Positions 12,326 to 25,539 of a stretch of 64,000 bases of DNA are shown in pieces (within the stretch, counting starts at the first letter, position 1; each line of letters starts with the position of its first letter). Source of the DNA: Octopus vulgaris (Eukaryota); the NCBI GenBank assembly GCA_951406725.2, contig OX597826.1:57226001-57290000 (forward strand), read 5' to 3'. The position numbers and the translations under genes are program-made. The notes beneath the pieces are model-generated. The model saw only the letters and a program-made list of their open reading frames with translations. It was not told the origin of the DNA and ran no database searches.

Positions 12326-13069
12326 ATATGCAACCTCATGGTAAAAACACACTGTTCTGCCTTCACAACCACATCATATTTAAATCCATAATATAAACAC
12401 TTTAAAACATGTCTCTTAGTAAGTGTTTTCATTGAACTGATGTTATCGACATCCTAAATTCCATATTTACTATCTACTTCATCCTGTAACACATAACTGC
12501 ACTCAGTCTCACCAGTTTTTTTTTCTGTACCTTCTTTACCTCTCAGTACCTATACTATCCACAAATTACACATCCAGGATATAATCGCTACAGGAGATTA
12601 TGGCTCTCTTGCTATTTTAAACTCTAGTGCTGCAAGGTTCCAAAATCAAAACTAGCAATATATTATAATATATACTGTTTATGGAATCTATTTTTTCTTT
12701 CCAAGATATTGTATCATAATATGATGTTCACTTTTGCTAGCTTATCAATAATAATGTGGTGATTAATATTATAATATATTATAGCTTTATGGTAATTTCA
12801 TTATTTTTTTTTATTATTACGGGTATTAGTTTAAGTATCACAATATAGTGAACAATAACATTATCGTAAGCTTAAGGAATAACTATTACGATTATTATAG
12901 TTATTATATTAGCATAACATGCTTTATTACTCTTGGTGGTATCTCTACTGTGATGGGTGTTAGCTAGAATGAATAATATCAGCAATGTTTTTGTATGGGT
13001 TGGTATTTATTTTCACTATTATTTTTACAATTTTTTGGTCGTTTATCATTAGCATGTAATGTATTAGGT

Positions 13070-13380
13070 GCAAGAAGACTGTGTTTGTTAAGAGGTTTGT
13101 TTCACAGTTATGTGGCTTCTGGATCTGTTCCACTGCATGGCACCAAGGTTAAGCATCTTCTATTCTAGCTGCCAGGCTAACCAAACCTTGCGAGTTGATT
13201 GGTAGACGGAAATTGTGTGTGTGTGTGTGTGTGTGCACGTATAAATATATACACACACACAAACACGTGCACACACACATACACACACATATGCGTACAT
13301 ATGTATAAGTGAGTGTCACCTTGCTTTGACATTGTACACTTATTGTAAATAAATGTCACTATCATACAAGTTGCATTCCT
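13070..13380 (+). mobile_element. SINE family A-related, degenerate
   Basis: Diverged head (gttccactgcatggcacc...aaaccttgcgagttgattggtagacggaaa). Confidence 0.65.
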
Positions 13381-13760
13381 TTGCAACAATTACTAAAACA
13401 CATGTGGCCATTGTACTGTACATGTTCAAATGACTAAGGAAATATTACATTCCTTGGAAACAGGAAGAGGATTCAGCAACAGGAAATCTGCCTCTATGCA
13501 TTTTATCTATGCAGGCATGGAAATGCAAACACTAAAGTGATGATGATGATTATGATGATATCATTCCACTATATCATAATACAGAACCCAAATAACTCCA
13601 TCCCCAAATAACTTGGATAAAATGATTCATCATCTGCTAGTTTTGTTTACAAATGCTTAATATACTCCTGGCTTAAAAACTATCCAACAAACCCCAACAA
13701 CGGAGTCTTTACCCTCATAATTAAAGTCAGCTGAGACTACACTTATAGCTTCCTTTTTAA

Positions 13761-13981
13761 CCCTTTAGCATTTAAACCGGCCATATCCGTCCAAAAATAT
13801 TCTGCCTGTTTTATGTTCAAACTGGCCAGATCTGGTCTCTCACACCAACCCTACAATATCGTTTTAAAAATTAACAGCTACCTCATCATAATCTCATAGC
13901 TACAAGATAATGCACAATTAGTTCAAAACAATGTGGATGAAGAAGCATTAGTTTAGGCAGAATAATGTGAACACTAAAGGA
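13761..13981. mobile_element. piggyBac-type MITE (TTAA target duplication)
   Basis: TTAA|CCCTTTAG ... CTAAAGGA|TTAA; body homologous to 49201-49419. Confidence 0.85.
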
Positions 13982-14127
13982 TTAAGCTTGACTACCTGAT
14001 GAATAAGCTTGTACATAATACATACACACACACACACCTTTTCGTCCCAACAACAACACTACGTTTACTAGGTGATGCTGGTCAAGGAACTCCCTGTTCA
14101 GCCAAATAATACAGAACATGGCTCTCT

Positions 14128-14719
14128 CTCTTTTTTACTCTTTTACTCGTTTCAGTCATTTGACTGCGGCTATGCTGGAGCACCGCCTCTAATCGAGCAA
14201 CTCGACCCCGGGACTTTTTCTTTTGTAAGCCCAGTACTTATTCTATCGGTCTCTTTTGCTGAACTGCTAAGTAACGGGGACATAAACACACCAGCATCGG
14301 TTGTGAAGCAATGCTAGGGGGATAAACACAGACATTCAAACGCACGCACACACACACACATATATATATATATTTTAAAATTATAAGTATATGAAAGAAT
14401 GGAGTTGAACGACTAGTTAACAAATATCCTTTATTCTCGACAACCATGTTCTTTCTGATGTGAATTTGCTACCCAGGTATCGGTTATCTTTCGAATTATC
14501 CTTAATAAGATAATTCAGTCAATTACTCAAATATATATATATATATACATATATACGACGGGCTTCTTTCAGTTTCCGTCTACCAAATCCACTCACAAGG
14601 CTTTGGTCGGCCCAAGGTTATAGTAGAAGACACTTGCCCAAGGTGCCACGCAGTGGGACTGAACCCGGAACCATGTGGTTGGTAAACAAGCTACTTACCA
14701 CACAGCCACTCCTGTGCCT
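14128..14719 (-). mobile_element. SINE family A, full length, interrupted by a nested insertion at 14375-14531
   Basis: Both SINE halves are collinear with 11911-12325; foreign sequence sits inside the internal (TA)n tract. Confidence 0.9.
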
Positions 14720-14908
14720 AGTGAAATTATGGCTAGTGAAATTATTAATATTTTGCATGATCTTGTTTGTCTTTGTTGTTCGTTCAGTATGATTTTCATG
14801 CTTATATTTCTAATTTTTATACTTTCTGCTATTTATATCTCTCTTTTCATGTATGAATCTTGTGGCAGAAGAGGAAGTACAGTGTTTATGAACTTTTCTT
14901 TTCTGCAG

Positions 14909-15040
14909 GACCGCAAGAGTTAGTAGAACAAAGGAGAGAGGATCAAGGGCTTGCAGCTGAGCAAACACTTGTAAAGGTATCAAGGAACTAGTTGGTGGTG
15001 TTAAAGTGGGCAAAGGATTAAGTGTACCACCTAAGGGCAG
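14909..15040 (+). other. Candidate exon (132 nt), non-coding, poison or pseudo-exon
   Basis: Acceptor aacttttcttttctgcag|G, donor CAG|gtaatc. The best frame has a single TGA (14958-14960). Homologous to 20726-20880. Confidence 0.4.
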
Positions 15041-16403
15041 GTAATCCATTCAAAGGTTTTCCATATAATTTGTGTGTGTATGTGGAATTATATTCACCAC
15101 AGAAAACCTGAAGCTATGGTAGAAAGGACATGCCTAAGGTACCACATAATGTTTGAACCAAAACCCATGGGATCATGAAGCAAAATTCTTTACTACATTA
15201 TTATGCCTACATTATTATTATTATCCAGATGAGCACATACTGCAGCACATGGATGGTCTTCAACAAGGAGGGGTTTATTTCATTCTAACCACATGAGAAG
15301 TCTTAACCTGACACCAGTTCTTAATTCTAAACAGAATGCTGACAGAGGTTTCACTTTGGAATGAGAATTAATCTTTAATGGAGATTAGCAAAGTATTTCC
15401 AAAAAAAAAAAAAAAAAAAAAAAATCTTGGTTTTTAAATCAAACCTTCTCCCAACACACACAGACAGATGAATCTCCCGCTGGCAAGTAAGATATTTAAC
15501 ACCTCAGGCTATAGGAATAAGCTTACTAAGAATAATGGCAGATTTCTTCACGAGTGAATTGAAACCAGGAGAGAAGAGACTGTGAGAGATCTAATTACCA
15601 ACAAGAACAGAAGTAAAAATACAAGAATTTCACTTTACCAATTTTAAGCTAAACTTTCTATATCACTGTCACCTCCAGCAACTTTCTGCATTGGTGTGCA
15701 TGCATGTGTGTGTGCGTGTGTGTATGTTCATGTGTGTTTGTGTATTTCTGGGTGCATATATGTGAGAGAGAGAGAGAGAGAAAGAAAGAACAAGAGATAA
15801 TTTTTTTGTGTATTTCTGTGTGTGTGTGTATATATATATATATACACACACATACATGCACATATATAACTATTCACAACTATCTATTTATCTATATATG
15901 TATGAATGTGTGTGTGTATGTACACTTCTATCTGTCAATTTATCTATGTACACACACACATACACACACCTCCCAACTCACTCAATCAACATTTGCTTTT
16001 CCATCACCGGCGACCCAACTAGATGGTGATGCTGAAATAGCTAAATCTTCTTGACAACATTATCAAGTTCCTGCTGACAATTGTTCAATGTAAAAAAATA
16101 CAAAAAAAATACAAAAAAAAAGCAAAAAAAAAAAACTCAAAAACAATGGTGACAAGGATGACAATGATGATGATGATGATGATGAAATGTAGGGACTTAG
16201 CTAGGAGAAGAAGGATAGAGTGATGAGAGAAATAGAGAGAGAGAGAGAGAGGAGACAGACAAACAAACCCAGTCAGTTTTAAATATCCATTTTATTTACA
16301 TTTTCATGACATCATCACATCCTGACTATGATAAAGGATGGAAGTTATTAAAAGGGGTGGGTCAATTTTGTCACTATGGATTCTTATTTTTTGGCATGTG
16401 CTT

Positions 16404-16467
<64 letters not shown>

Positions 16468-16708
16468 ATGTGTGTGTGTCCATACTTCATACCCACAAGG
16501 CATCACTGTGATTTACATTTTTTTAATACAATTTCTGTATTAATCATACAAAAGAGTTAAATGAGGATTTTGAAATAACTGTTCAAATATTGGCAGGAAG
16601 CAACACTTCATCTCGTCTTAAAAAAAAAAAAACAAAGAAATTGTCGAGAAAAGCCAATTGAAAGTCAAATTCTCTATTTTATATTTTAGGTCAGGACAGC
16701 CCCCTTAC

Positions 16709-16787
16709 CACTTATGATAGATCTCCAGATACTGTCTCCATTCTCGACAATATTTCAATTTTAATACCATGCTACTTTGGTGGGTGG
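16709..16787 (-). other. Candidate exon (79 nt)
   Basis: Minus strand tttttctacaatttctacctcttag|CCACC...TAAGTG|gtaagg. One open frame, THQSSMVLKLKYCREWRQYLEIYHK; no homology recognised. Confidence 0.3.
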
Positions 16788-17874
16788 CTAAGAGGTAGAA
16801 ATTGTAGAAAAATCCAGAATAAATTCTTAAGAATTTTTTTTTTCCCCCCCACTCTAAATTCTGTATTGAAACCTTGCCAGGACCACTGTAGCCTGTCAAC
16901 CCTTGAAAGTTGATAGAATAATAGTAACAAGCAAGTAGTGTGATTGATATCATTAATTGTAATTCATACCCTATAAATTTGGGCTAACAACCAACTAGTG
17001 CGAGGAATATTGCTGTTCAGCCTCCCTTCAGCTCATGTTCAATCACTCCTGTCATGATAATACTGTCATTTTGTATATGAGAGTTTATACTGCCCAAAGC
17101 ATCCATTTTCTCTTTCTAAGATAGTATGACATGATTTGAGAATGATTATCTACTATTTCTAGCAGGTAAAATAACCACAAAGAGGCTTCAAATCAATGTT
17201 AAAATTATTTATTCTAATTAAACATTCTGCTTTTCTTTTCACTTTTGTTTTACCGATTACCTTCATTACAGTGCAACCATACTTAAGTTTGACTTCATCA
17301 TGTTGACCCAAGTACTTTGTCTGGTATTCATTCTAACCCCGGAAAGTGGAGATTATAGTTGACGAGGAGAAATTAAAAACAAAAGAAATTATGCAACTGA
17401 TGGGAGCTGTAAATACTTATCCCTTAAGCACACATACAGACACAGATGTATGTTTCTGTTACTCTAATACCTTAATTTAAATCACTACTCTGTTTTAACA
17501 CCCATTCTTTTCAATACTAAAATTGGGTTTGATGGATGTGCATACTTAAATATCACCTCAATAACATTATCACATTTATGAGATCCAGAAAGTTCCAATT
17601 TAACTATAATATGTTTCATACCTTCTTAGATCTTAGATCTTCTACAACCAAGGGGTGTCTATTTCCATAATCAATTCATGTCACTTTTCCACCCAGTAGC
17701 TGTTAACCTTGCATATATAACTAATACATCAAGAATTGGATTTGAAGTAAATGATAAATTAATGTTTACATTCCAATTGTCACCAAAAATTTGAATGTCT
17801 ACACAAAAATGTTGCTGTTATGATAGGTTAAGGAATAAAAAAAATTAAATAAAGAAGATATCTTTTATCATTTA

Positions 17875-18226
17875 CCTTTACTTGTTTCAGTCATACCTGG
17901 AAGAATTTTAGGTGAATAAATCAACCCCAGCACTTACTATTTTTTAAAACCTGGTACTTATTCTATAGTTATGGGAATGTGAACACACTAACACTGGTTT
18001 GTCCAACAAGGGTGGCAGACAAACACAGATACAATGACTCCCTACCATACACACACACATATATGATGGACTTCTTTCAGTTTCCATCTATCAAATCCAC
18101 TCAAAGGCTTTGGTTAAATCAAGGCTATAGTACAAGACACTTGCCCAAGGGGACATGCAGTGGGACTGATCCCTGAACCTTGTAATTAGGAAGCATGTTT
18201 CTTACCACACAGCTACGCCTGTACCT
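17875..18226 (-). mobile_element. SINE family A, degenerate
   Basis: tacttgtttcagtca...cttctttcagtttcc...agacacttgcccaagg...cttaccacacagc. Confidence 0.8.
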
Positions 18227-20083
18227 ATAAACTAGAGATAAGTCTTTTGGAACATTAATTTACAATACATACAAATATCCAAATTCACTATTGTTCTCAA
18301 ATACACTGTTTTTTTTTTTTTTTTATATTTTTGTTTTATTTTTGCCTTCTTTGGAAAAAATTTGAAAAATCACGAAAGCACAATTAAGTAGTGACAGAAA
18401 AAAAAAAAAGACATTTGTAAGATACTTTTAATGCTAAGAAATGGCTTTCTCGTCAATTTCTAACCAATGTTTGCAATATCTGAAGTACATATCCCTGCCT
18501 GATAAATATAAATCTTGATAAATATAACAGTTTCTGAGTGTCAATCAAGAAAATCCAATTTTTAAAGTTCTACACAAGTCAAAAAGTATAAAAACACAAA
18601 TAGGTTTTCTGATAGTGACCATGACTACAGTTGACCCAGATGAACCGTTATGATCTGTCTCAGGACACAAATGCAATAACAGTATGTATAGAACAAATTG
18701 CATTTAGAATGATAAATGGAGTTTCATTCTGTAAATTATGTTATGAGGATAAACTGATCAAAAAATGATCCAATGATGTTTGAAATGAGAAAATTGCATG
18801 GAAAACATTATCAAAAAGGTTAAACATTTATGAAAGGCATGGATGATATGAATTTTAAAATACTAAAAGGAAACAGAAATTAGCCGATGTTCATGTTGTA
18901 TGTTATAGTACCAGGTGTTGTTTGTCAAAAACTGAAATTAGTGAGGTAATTCATAGAAAATTATTTCCCCATCAAAGGACTGATTATATCTGTATCGAAA
19001 GTCTTACCAAATGAAAATATTGAAAGTAGCAGCATGAATGAATTAAATACACCGCACTTTCAAAATTAAATAAAGTAACAAACAAACAAACTTATATCAC
19101 AAATAACTTTAAATTCTTGTATAATTAATTAAATTCATTTGTTAAGAGCAATAGACTTAACTAAATCTGTGACATCTGTCCAGCTATTTTACTACAAAGT
19201 CTGCATACTAACAACCTTTTCTCTCATTCTCTAATTAGCTTCTTTTTGTTTCTAAGGAAATTTAATAGAAAACAGTAGTGAGTCTTGAACCTACTTTTCC
19301 TTGGTTTGTTTATAAAATAACTACAGCACCTAACACAAACGCATATACACAAACGAACACAAACGCACATACATACATAAACACACACACACAGAATCTA
19401 TAATGTTCTATAGTTAATTAGCAACATTTTAAGAAGATCCAAATGAAATTCTTTTATTTATATATCCCACTACTATACACACGCATGTGAACAGCTTTCT
19501 TGACATCAATTAAAATCAAGAGATGAGCATGATATGACGATGTCAGTGACAGCAGATGAATGATGGGCATGTTAAAAGTAAAAAGAGAGAGATAACAAAT
19601 TAGATCTCTCTCTCTCTTTCTCTCTCTCTCTCTTCACATACACACATACATGCATGCATATACATATAATCTTGTGAATAAATAATCAGGATGCTTAAAA
19701 GAAATTTATTGCAAAGAAAAGGCAAGAATATAAGTTTCTATTCACATGCAAATAGCTACATGGTACACACATACAAATGGCACATCATACGTTAGAAAAC
19801 CATACAACACATTGAAAAGGAATCAAGCATGCACATACACATACACATATATAAAATATTTGCAACATTTCTTGATAGCTTAGGTATATCTATTTATCTA
19901 TATGCATTCACCCTTTTCTCTCTTTCTCTCTCTTTCTTATTCTGTGTGTGTGTGTGTGAGTGTGTGTACATGTTTGCATGGGTGTAGTGTAGTAGCAAGA
20001 GGTTCACAAGAACAACAACTGCAGCTTTAAGAAAACTGAAAAATAGCCTGTTTTACAATATGGGAGGTAATGTTGTGCAGCAG

Positions 20084-20400
20084 TTGAAAGTGCAGTTTTC
20101 AAGTCAGAGTAAGTTTTCTAACTCATTTGAAAACACAAGATGCAGAACTTGACTGCAGGTTAGAGAGGCACAAAATCTCCAACAGTCTCAAATCCAACAT
20201 CAAGCTACCCACTCTTAGTAACAATTTGAGGAGCCAAATCAGACACAGGTGATGGACTACTGGTTTATTACGGTCACCATCAGTGCAGTGGTCAACCAAG
20301 AGATCCTGGACAACTTCATATTTCCATTAGTTAACACGATATTTGGTGATGTACAATTACTATTTCAGTGGGGTTTTTACATCAACAAATCATAGCAAAA
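20084..20400 (+). mobile_element. Tc1-like (DD34E) transposase relic
   Basis: With stops and frameshifts it reads LKVQFSSQSKFSNSF...REAQN..LKSNIKLP..I*GAKSDTGDGLL...SAVVNQEILDNFIFPLVNTIFGDVQLLFQ. This is collinear with the Tc1 pattern FSDESKF...VMIWG...VYQEIL..FMLP...FG....IFQQD. Confidence 0.7.
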
Positions 20401-20725
20401 CAAACAGTAACTGATTTTCTAATTTTCAAATCAATATGCTCCCTTGGTCAGGCATTTTACCTTGGTCAGGCATTTTACCATTTTACCCTATAGAGAACCT
20501 AGAGGATATTTAAAATAAAAAATAGCCAATTTCATTCTAATAAAAAAAGCAGATGTGAAAGGTGCTACAGCAATACACCTTTCAGAATTTTATTTGCATT
20601 TCATGTATTAACTATTATTAATAAATAACACAGCAATGTTTAGACTGTGAAGATTCAATCAATATATTAAATATAAATGCATGATACATTGAATAATTTG
20701 TTAAAAAAACCTTTTTTTTTTTCAG

Positions 20726-20880
20726 TGTGAAGGTACTGTTCATGACCCATTACAGAGCCTTTGAAACTAGTGTAAAGTGGGGAAGAAGATACCCTTAAAC
20801 AAGAATCTTGGCCCAAATGCTTGCAAAAGAGTGGACTCCACTAAGGGTATGAAAGGTACCAATTGGTGGTGTTAAACCAG
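20726..20880 (+). other. Candidate exon (155 nt), stops in all frames
   Basis: Acceptor (T)11cag|TG, donor CAG|gtgact. Shares a collinear ~58-nt block with 14909-15040. Confidence 0.35.
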
Positions 20881-21173
20881 GTGACTGGATAAGCTTTCCA
20901 GCATTTATATAAAAATATTTCTTTCTATTTTATTAAATGATTTTAACATTGTGTTAAACAGTAAATATTGCATAATTAAACAACTTTTTTCTTTTAAATT
21001 AAAAAGATGTTTGCCAGACCCTAAATATCTGAAAAATATAAAATTCCAAAGACTATTTAAGAATTGGCATAATAAAAATATTAAGAAAAGTTCTTAAAAA
21101 ATTGTCACTTAAACACATTAGTTCTCTTGCTATAACATAAAAAAATATAAATAAACACACACACACACACATG

Positions 21174-21232
<59 letters not shown>

Positions 21233-22051
21233 TAATGTTATAAAAATCAAACTGATTTTGTGGTAGAAAAATAATTATATGCAAATTTGAACAGTACAAT
21301 TTTATAACCAACATCTGTAAAGTTTAAAAGTATAAAGATTTCTTTTTGTGGAAAGTAAACAGAAATGTGATTACTTATTTCAAATCTTTTGGAAGAAAAA
21401 TTCACGGACAGATATGTTTGTTTATTCTGCAACAAGAAATGATATCCCACGATGAGAAATGATATCCCACAATGAGAAATATATAAGACTAGATCTTTGA
21501 TGCTCAAGACTTAGGAATCTGAAAACTATTTTGGGAAAAAAAAATTTAATCTACAAAATACTGCTTATTTCACCTATTTTGAAGCATTTATCAATTTGTT
21601 TCAGAAATTCTGGAGAGCCAAATTTTTTCTTTTCTTTTTTTTTTTTACATTTTCCATTATTGCTGGTATCATTTTTAATCATGATATTTTCCTCAAACAT
21701 TACCCTGAAGAAGTCAGTGCATATTATCCATAAGATATTTTTTCTGAGACTTTATTGCCCATAAATAGTGGTCCATGAGTACATAAATACAGTATCTATC
21801 ATCTGTCTATGGAGAGTTTAGAAGCTTGCTTGTAGCTATTTATAGTGAAAATAAATGTGGTCCCACATGCACACACACGTATGTATTTACATATACATGT
21901 GTGTATCTATAGACACACACTAATACACAAGGTATCTCAAAAGTCACCGAGGAGTATTGAAGTTTTAATAACTTTTTAATTGAATTAAGCTTAAATTATT
22001 ATCATACAGGAATGCTACTTGATTTTCAACTCTTTAGCATCTTCTGCAAGA

Positions 22052-22088
<37 letters not shown>

Positions 22089-24249
22089 CACACACACATA
22101 CATATGTATATGGTTCTATATATTTAGATAATATTATATATAATAGATATGCATATATATATATATACATACACATACATATGCATATGCTTCTATATAT
22201 TTAGATAATATTATATATAATATATATAATATATATTTATATATATATTATACATCTACATATATCAATACATACATAGACACATAAACAAACACAATAT
22301 TACCATTTAATACTAGACACCCAAAGAAATATGCATATGAATACATGCATATGCAAATTTATAACATGTAATGGCTATTCATCATATGTACATCACACAC
22401 ATGCTCACATATATAAAGCCTAATTTTAAAGCATCTGGTAAGGTTACACACACACACACACACAGGAACACACACTTGGAAACCAGTCTTTGTGCATGCA
22501 AATATGAATGCACATGTATTTATACTCAAGTATATGCATGAGTGTTTGTGCATGAAGTTACATATATTCATTAAAGAAAAATCATGCAAATCTAGAGACA
22601 TAACATATAAGGATGATGTTCCATAGAAGAGAAGGCAGTATAGTTTATGACTCAGGTGGGAGATTTGAATTATATTAAATATAGGTGTGTTTGTGTGTAT
22701 GTGGATTCAATTCTAACTCTCACCTGGCTCATAAACTGACTATAGATATATGAGTACTTATATATGCTTTCAGATGTGCGTGTGCATGCATGTGTGTGTG
22801 AGAAAGAGAGAAAGGGAGAGAGGGGGATAAAGAGAGAAAAAGGAAGAAAGAGAGAAAGAGAGAGAGAGAGAAAAAGAGAGAGAGTAAGGAAGGAAGAGAG
22901 AAGCAGAGAGTATCAAATTTACATTAAAATTATGATATTTTTGAGAGACAGACATCAATTCACATTCATGCATTCATTAGGACTGTGTGTGTGTATGCAT
23001 GTACACACATACATAGACATATGTGTACACATATTCACACACACACAGACTAGACACACACATGCATACAAAGATAATTGAGTTACCATGTAATTTATGT
23101 GCAAAACATGCACACCACTAGACAAAAATTAGATGTTCAGTGTCATGTACATACAACCACATAAACATACATATACTATACACTGACATGTCCATACATC
23201 CTGCAAACCAACTTGAAAATTTCAGCCACCTCTGCCAACTCACACAAACACTGATTTTATGCATTTATGTAGAGTTATTTATAGGGGACCAGAGGCAGAT
23301 GGAAGGAGGAGAAGTTAATATGAAAAAAAGAGAGAAAACTATTGAGAGAGAAAAGAAAGAGATCGAGAGAGGCATATATTGAGAAAGACAGACAGACAGA
23401 TAGCTAGACGGTCTAATAGGTAGACACAGTGTGTGTGCGTGTGTGTTTGTATTTTAGAGTGTGTATGTTTGTATGTATTCATGTGTCTATATATATGTGT
23501 GATTCAGTGCAAAGGTTAGTTATCAGTGCTGAGATAGATTTACAGAGAGAGAGAGGGAGAGAGAGATAGAGAGAGGAGAGGAGAGGAGAGAGAGAAAGAC
23601 AGAGAGAGAGAAGGGCACAGAGAGAGAGAGAGGAGAGAGAGAGAGGCAGACAGACAGAGACAAACAAACAAACAGAAGGGAGAGAATGAGAGACAGACAG
23701 ATAGTTGGCTACATAGCTAGGCACACAGACAGACTGATAGAATGGAACAAAGATATATAACTAGGTACATAGAAACATAAATGGAGAGACATGCACAAAG
23801 ATAGATATAAAGATGAATGGACAGATGGATAGAGACAGATGAAGAAAGGGTAAGATATGATAGATTGGCAGTAATCCAACTACATGGATTCCCAAATGAT
23901 ACAGGAGACCAAACAAATAGGTAGTAGAGGATGGGAGGAGGAGAAGAAAATCACCACACCATCAATGTAACCAATTGTCAGGTAAGTTGGCACTGAGGCC
24001 TTTTGAGGTGGCAGAACCATGTCAGACAGGATGAAACAGTAAAGGGGGTGGAAGAAAAAGAGAAAAAAAATGAAAGAGAGGACAGAATATATATATATAT
24101 GTAGAGTGATAGAAATGTCTTAGTGAGAAAAGCTATGATTTGCAAAGAAAAGATTACAGAATGAGAGGACAGATAAAGAGAGAGGACCACACACACTCAC
24201 ACACATATACTTATCATATGTTACACATATTGTATACATCTATCCATAA

Positions 24250-24430
24250 TCATCATCATCATCATTTCACCTTTATGTTCCATGGACTGGATGGCTTGAC
24301 AAGATCTGTCAGATTCAAACACCGCATCATGCTCCAATAACTGCTTTGACATGATTTCAACAGTGGCACACCCTTCCTAATGCCAATCACTTTGTAGCAT
24401 GGACTGGGTGCTTTTGCTGTGGCACCAACA
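24250..24430 (-). mobile_element. SINE family B, degenerate
   Basis: (CAT)n followed by cccttcctaatgccaatcactttgtagcatggactgggtgctttt. Confidence 0.7.
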
Positions 24431-24694
24431 CTAGAAAGGTTGTCGTGCAAACTGCAAGACTAATATCCCTTTTTAGTGGGTGGGGCTACAATAGAGGGGG
24501 AGGCAGCTTAATGCTATGGCATGAATGCTTGAAGTGAAAGAGAAAGATCCAGAACAGGGTTCTTCTAGTTGGGGTGCATTGCAGAAAAGATGGCGCAAGG
24601 GATTAGGGTGGAACTAAAAAAGAGATTATAATAGTGGTGATGAGGTGTCAGGATGAAGGGTACAAATTACATGTACACACACATATTATATACC

Positions 24695-24990
24695 TATTTC
24701 TTTACTATCCACAAGGGGCCAAACACAGAGAGGACAAACAAGGACAGACACATGGATTAAGTCGATTATATCGACCTCAGTGCATAACTGGTACTTATTT
24801 AATCGATCCCAGTGCATAACTGGTACTTATTTAATCGACCCCAGTGCATAACTGGTACTTATTTAATCGACCCCGAAAGGATGAAAGGCAAAGTCAACCT
24901 TGGCGGAATTTGAACTCAGAACATAACGGCAGACGAAATACGGCTATGCATTTCGCCCGGCGTGCTAACGTTTCTGCCAGCTCGCCGCCT
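24695..24990 (-). mobile_element. SINE family C (tRNA-derived head, Meta/MESC-like core) with internal 32-bp triplication
   Basis: Minus-strand head ggcggcgagctggcagaaacgttagcacgccgggcg...gagttcaaattcc; core gcctttcatcctttcggggtcgattaaataagtaccag; repeat units start at 24778, 24810 and 24842. Confidence 0.88.
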
Positions 24991-25204
24991 TGTCATGGTC
25001 ATCATCCTTTTAATCATCACTTTACTATGCATTCAAGGGAATTTTTGAAGGCAGATTTTCTCCAAGCAGATGCCAAACATCACCTGTTTCCATCCAAGAA
25101 TGTTTAGATATATATATGCAGTAATCCCTTGCCATATTGCGGTTCACCTTTTGTGGTTAACCTATTGCAGTTCATTATTTAAGCTTATGTCGATTCCTTG
25201 ATGG

Positions 25205-25533
25205 TGTTGTTGGGCAAGTGTCTTCTACTATAGCCTCGCCCGACCAAAGCCTTGTGAGTGGATTTGGTAGATGGAAACTGAAAGAAGTTCGTTGTATATA
25301 TGTATATATATGTGTGTGTGTTTGTGTCTGTGCTTGTCCCCCCAACATTGTTTGACAACCGATGCTGGTGTAATTACGTCCCTGTAAATTAGCTTTTTGG
25401 CAAAAGGGACCAATAGAATAAGTACTAGGCTTCCAAAGAATAAGTCCTGGGGTCGACTTGCTCAACTAAAAGCAGTGATCCAGCATGGCCACAGTCACAT
25501 GACTGAAACAAGTAAAAGCGTAAACAAAGAGTA
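25205..25533 (+). mobile_element. SINE family A, 5'-truncated
   Basis: ttgggcaagtgtcttctactatagcc...gactgaaacaagtaaaag. Confidence 0.88.
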
Positions 25534-25539
25534 CGTCAG

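Noticed and set aside
14909-15040. Histone H3 resemblance (TAR..., LA..., GGVK)
   Set aside because: Spacing and intervening residues do not match H3; treated as coincidence.
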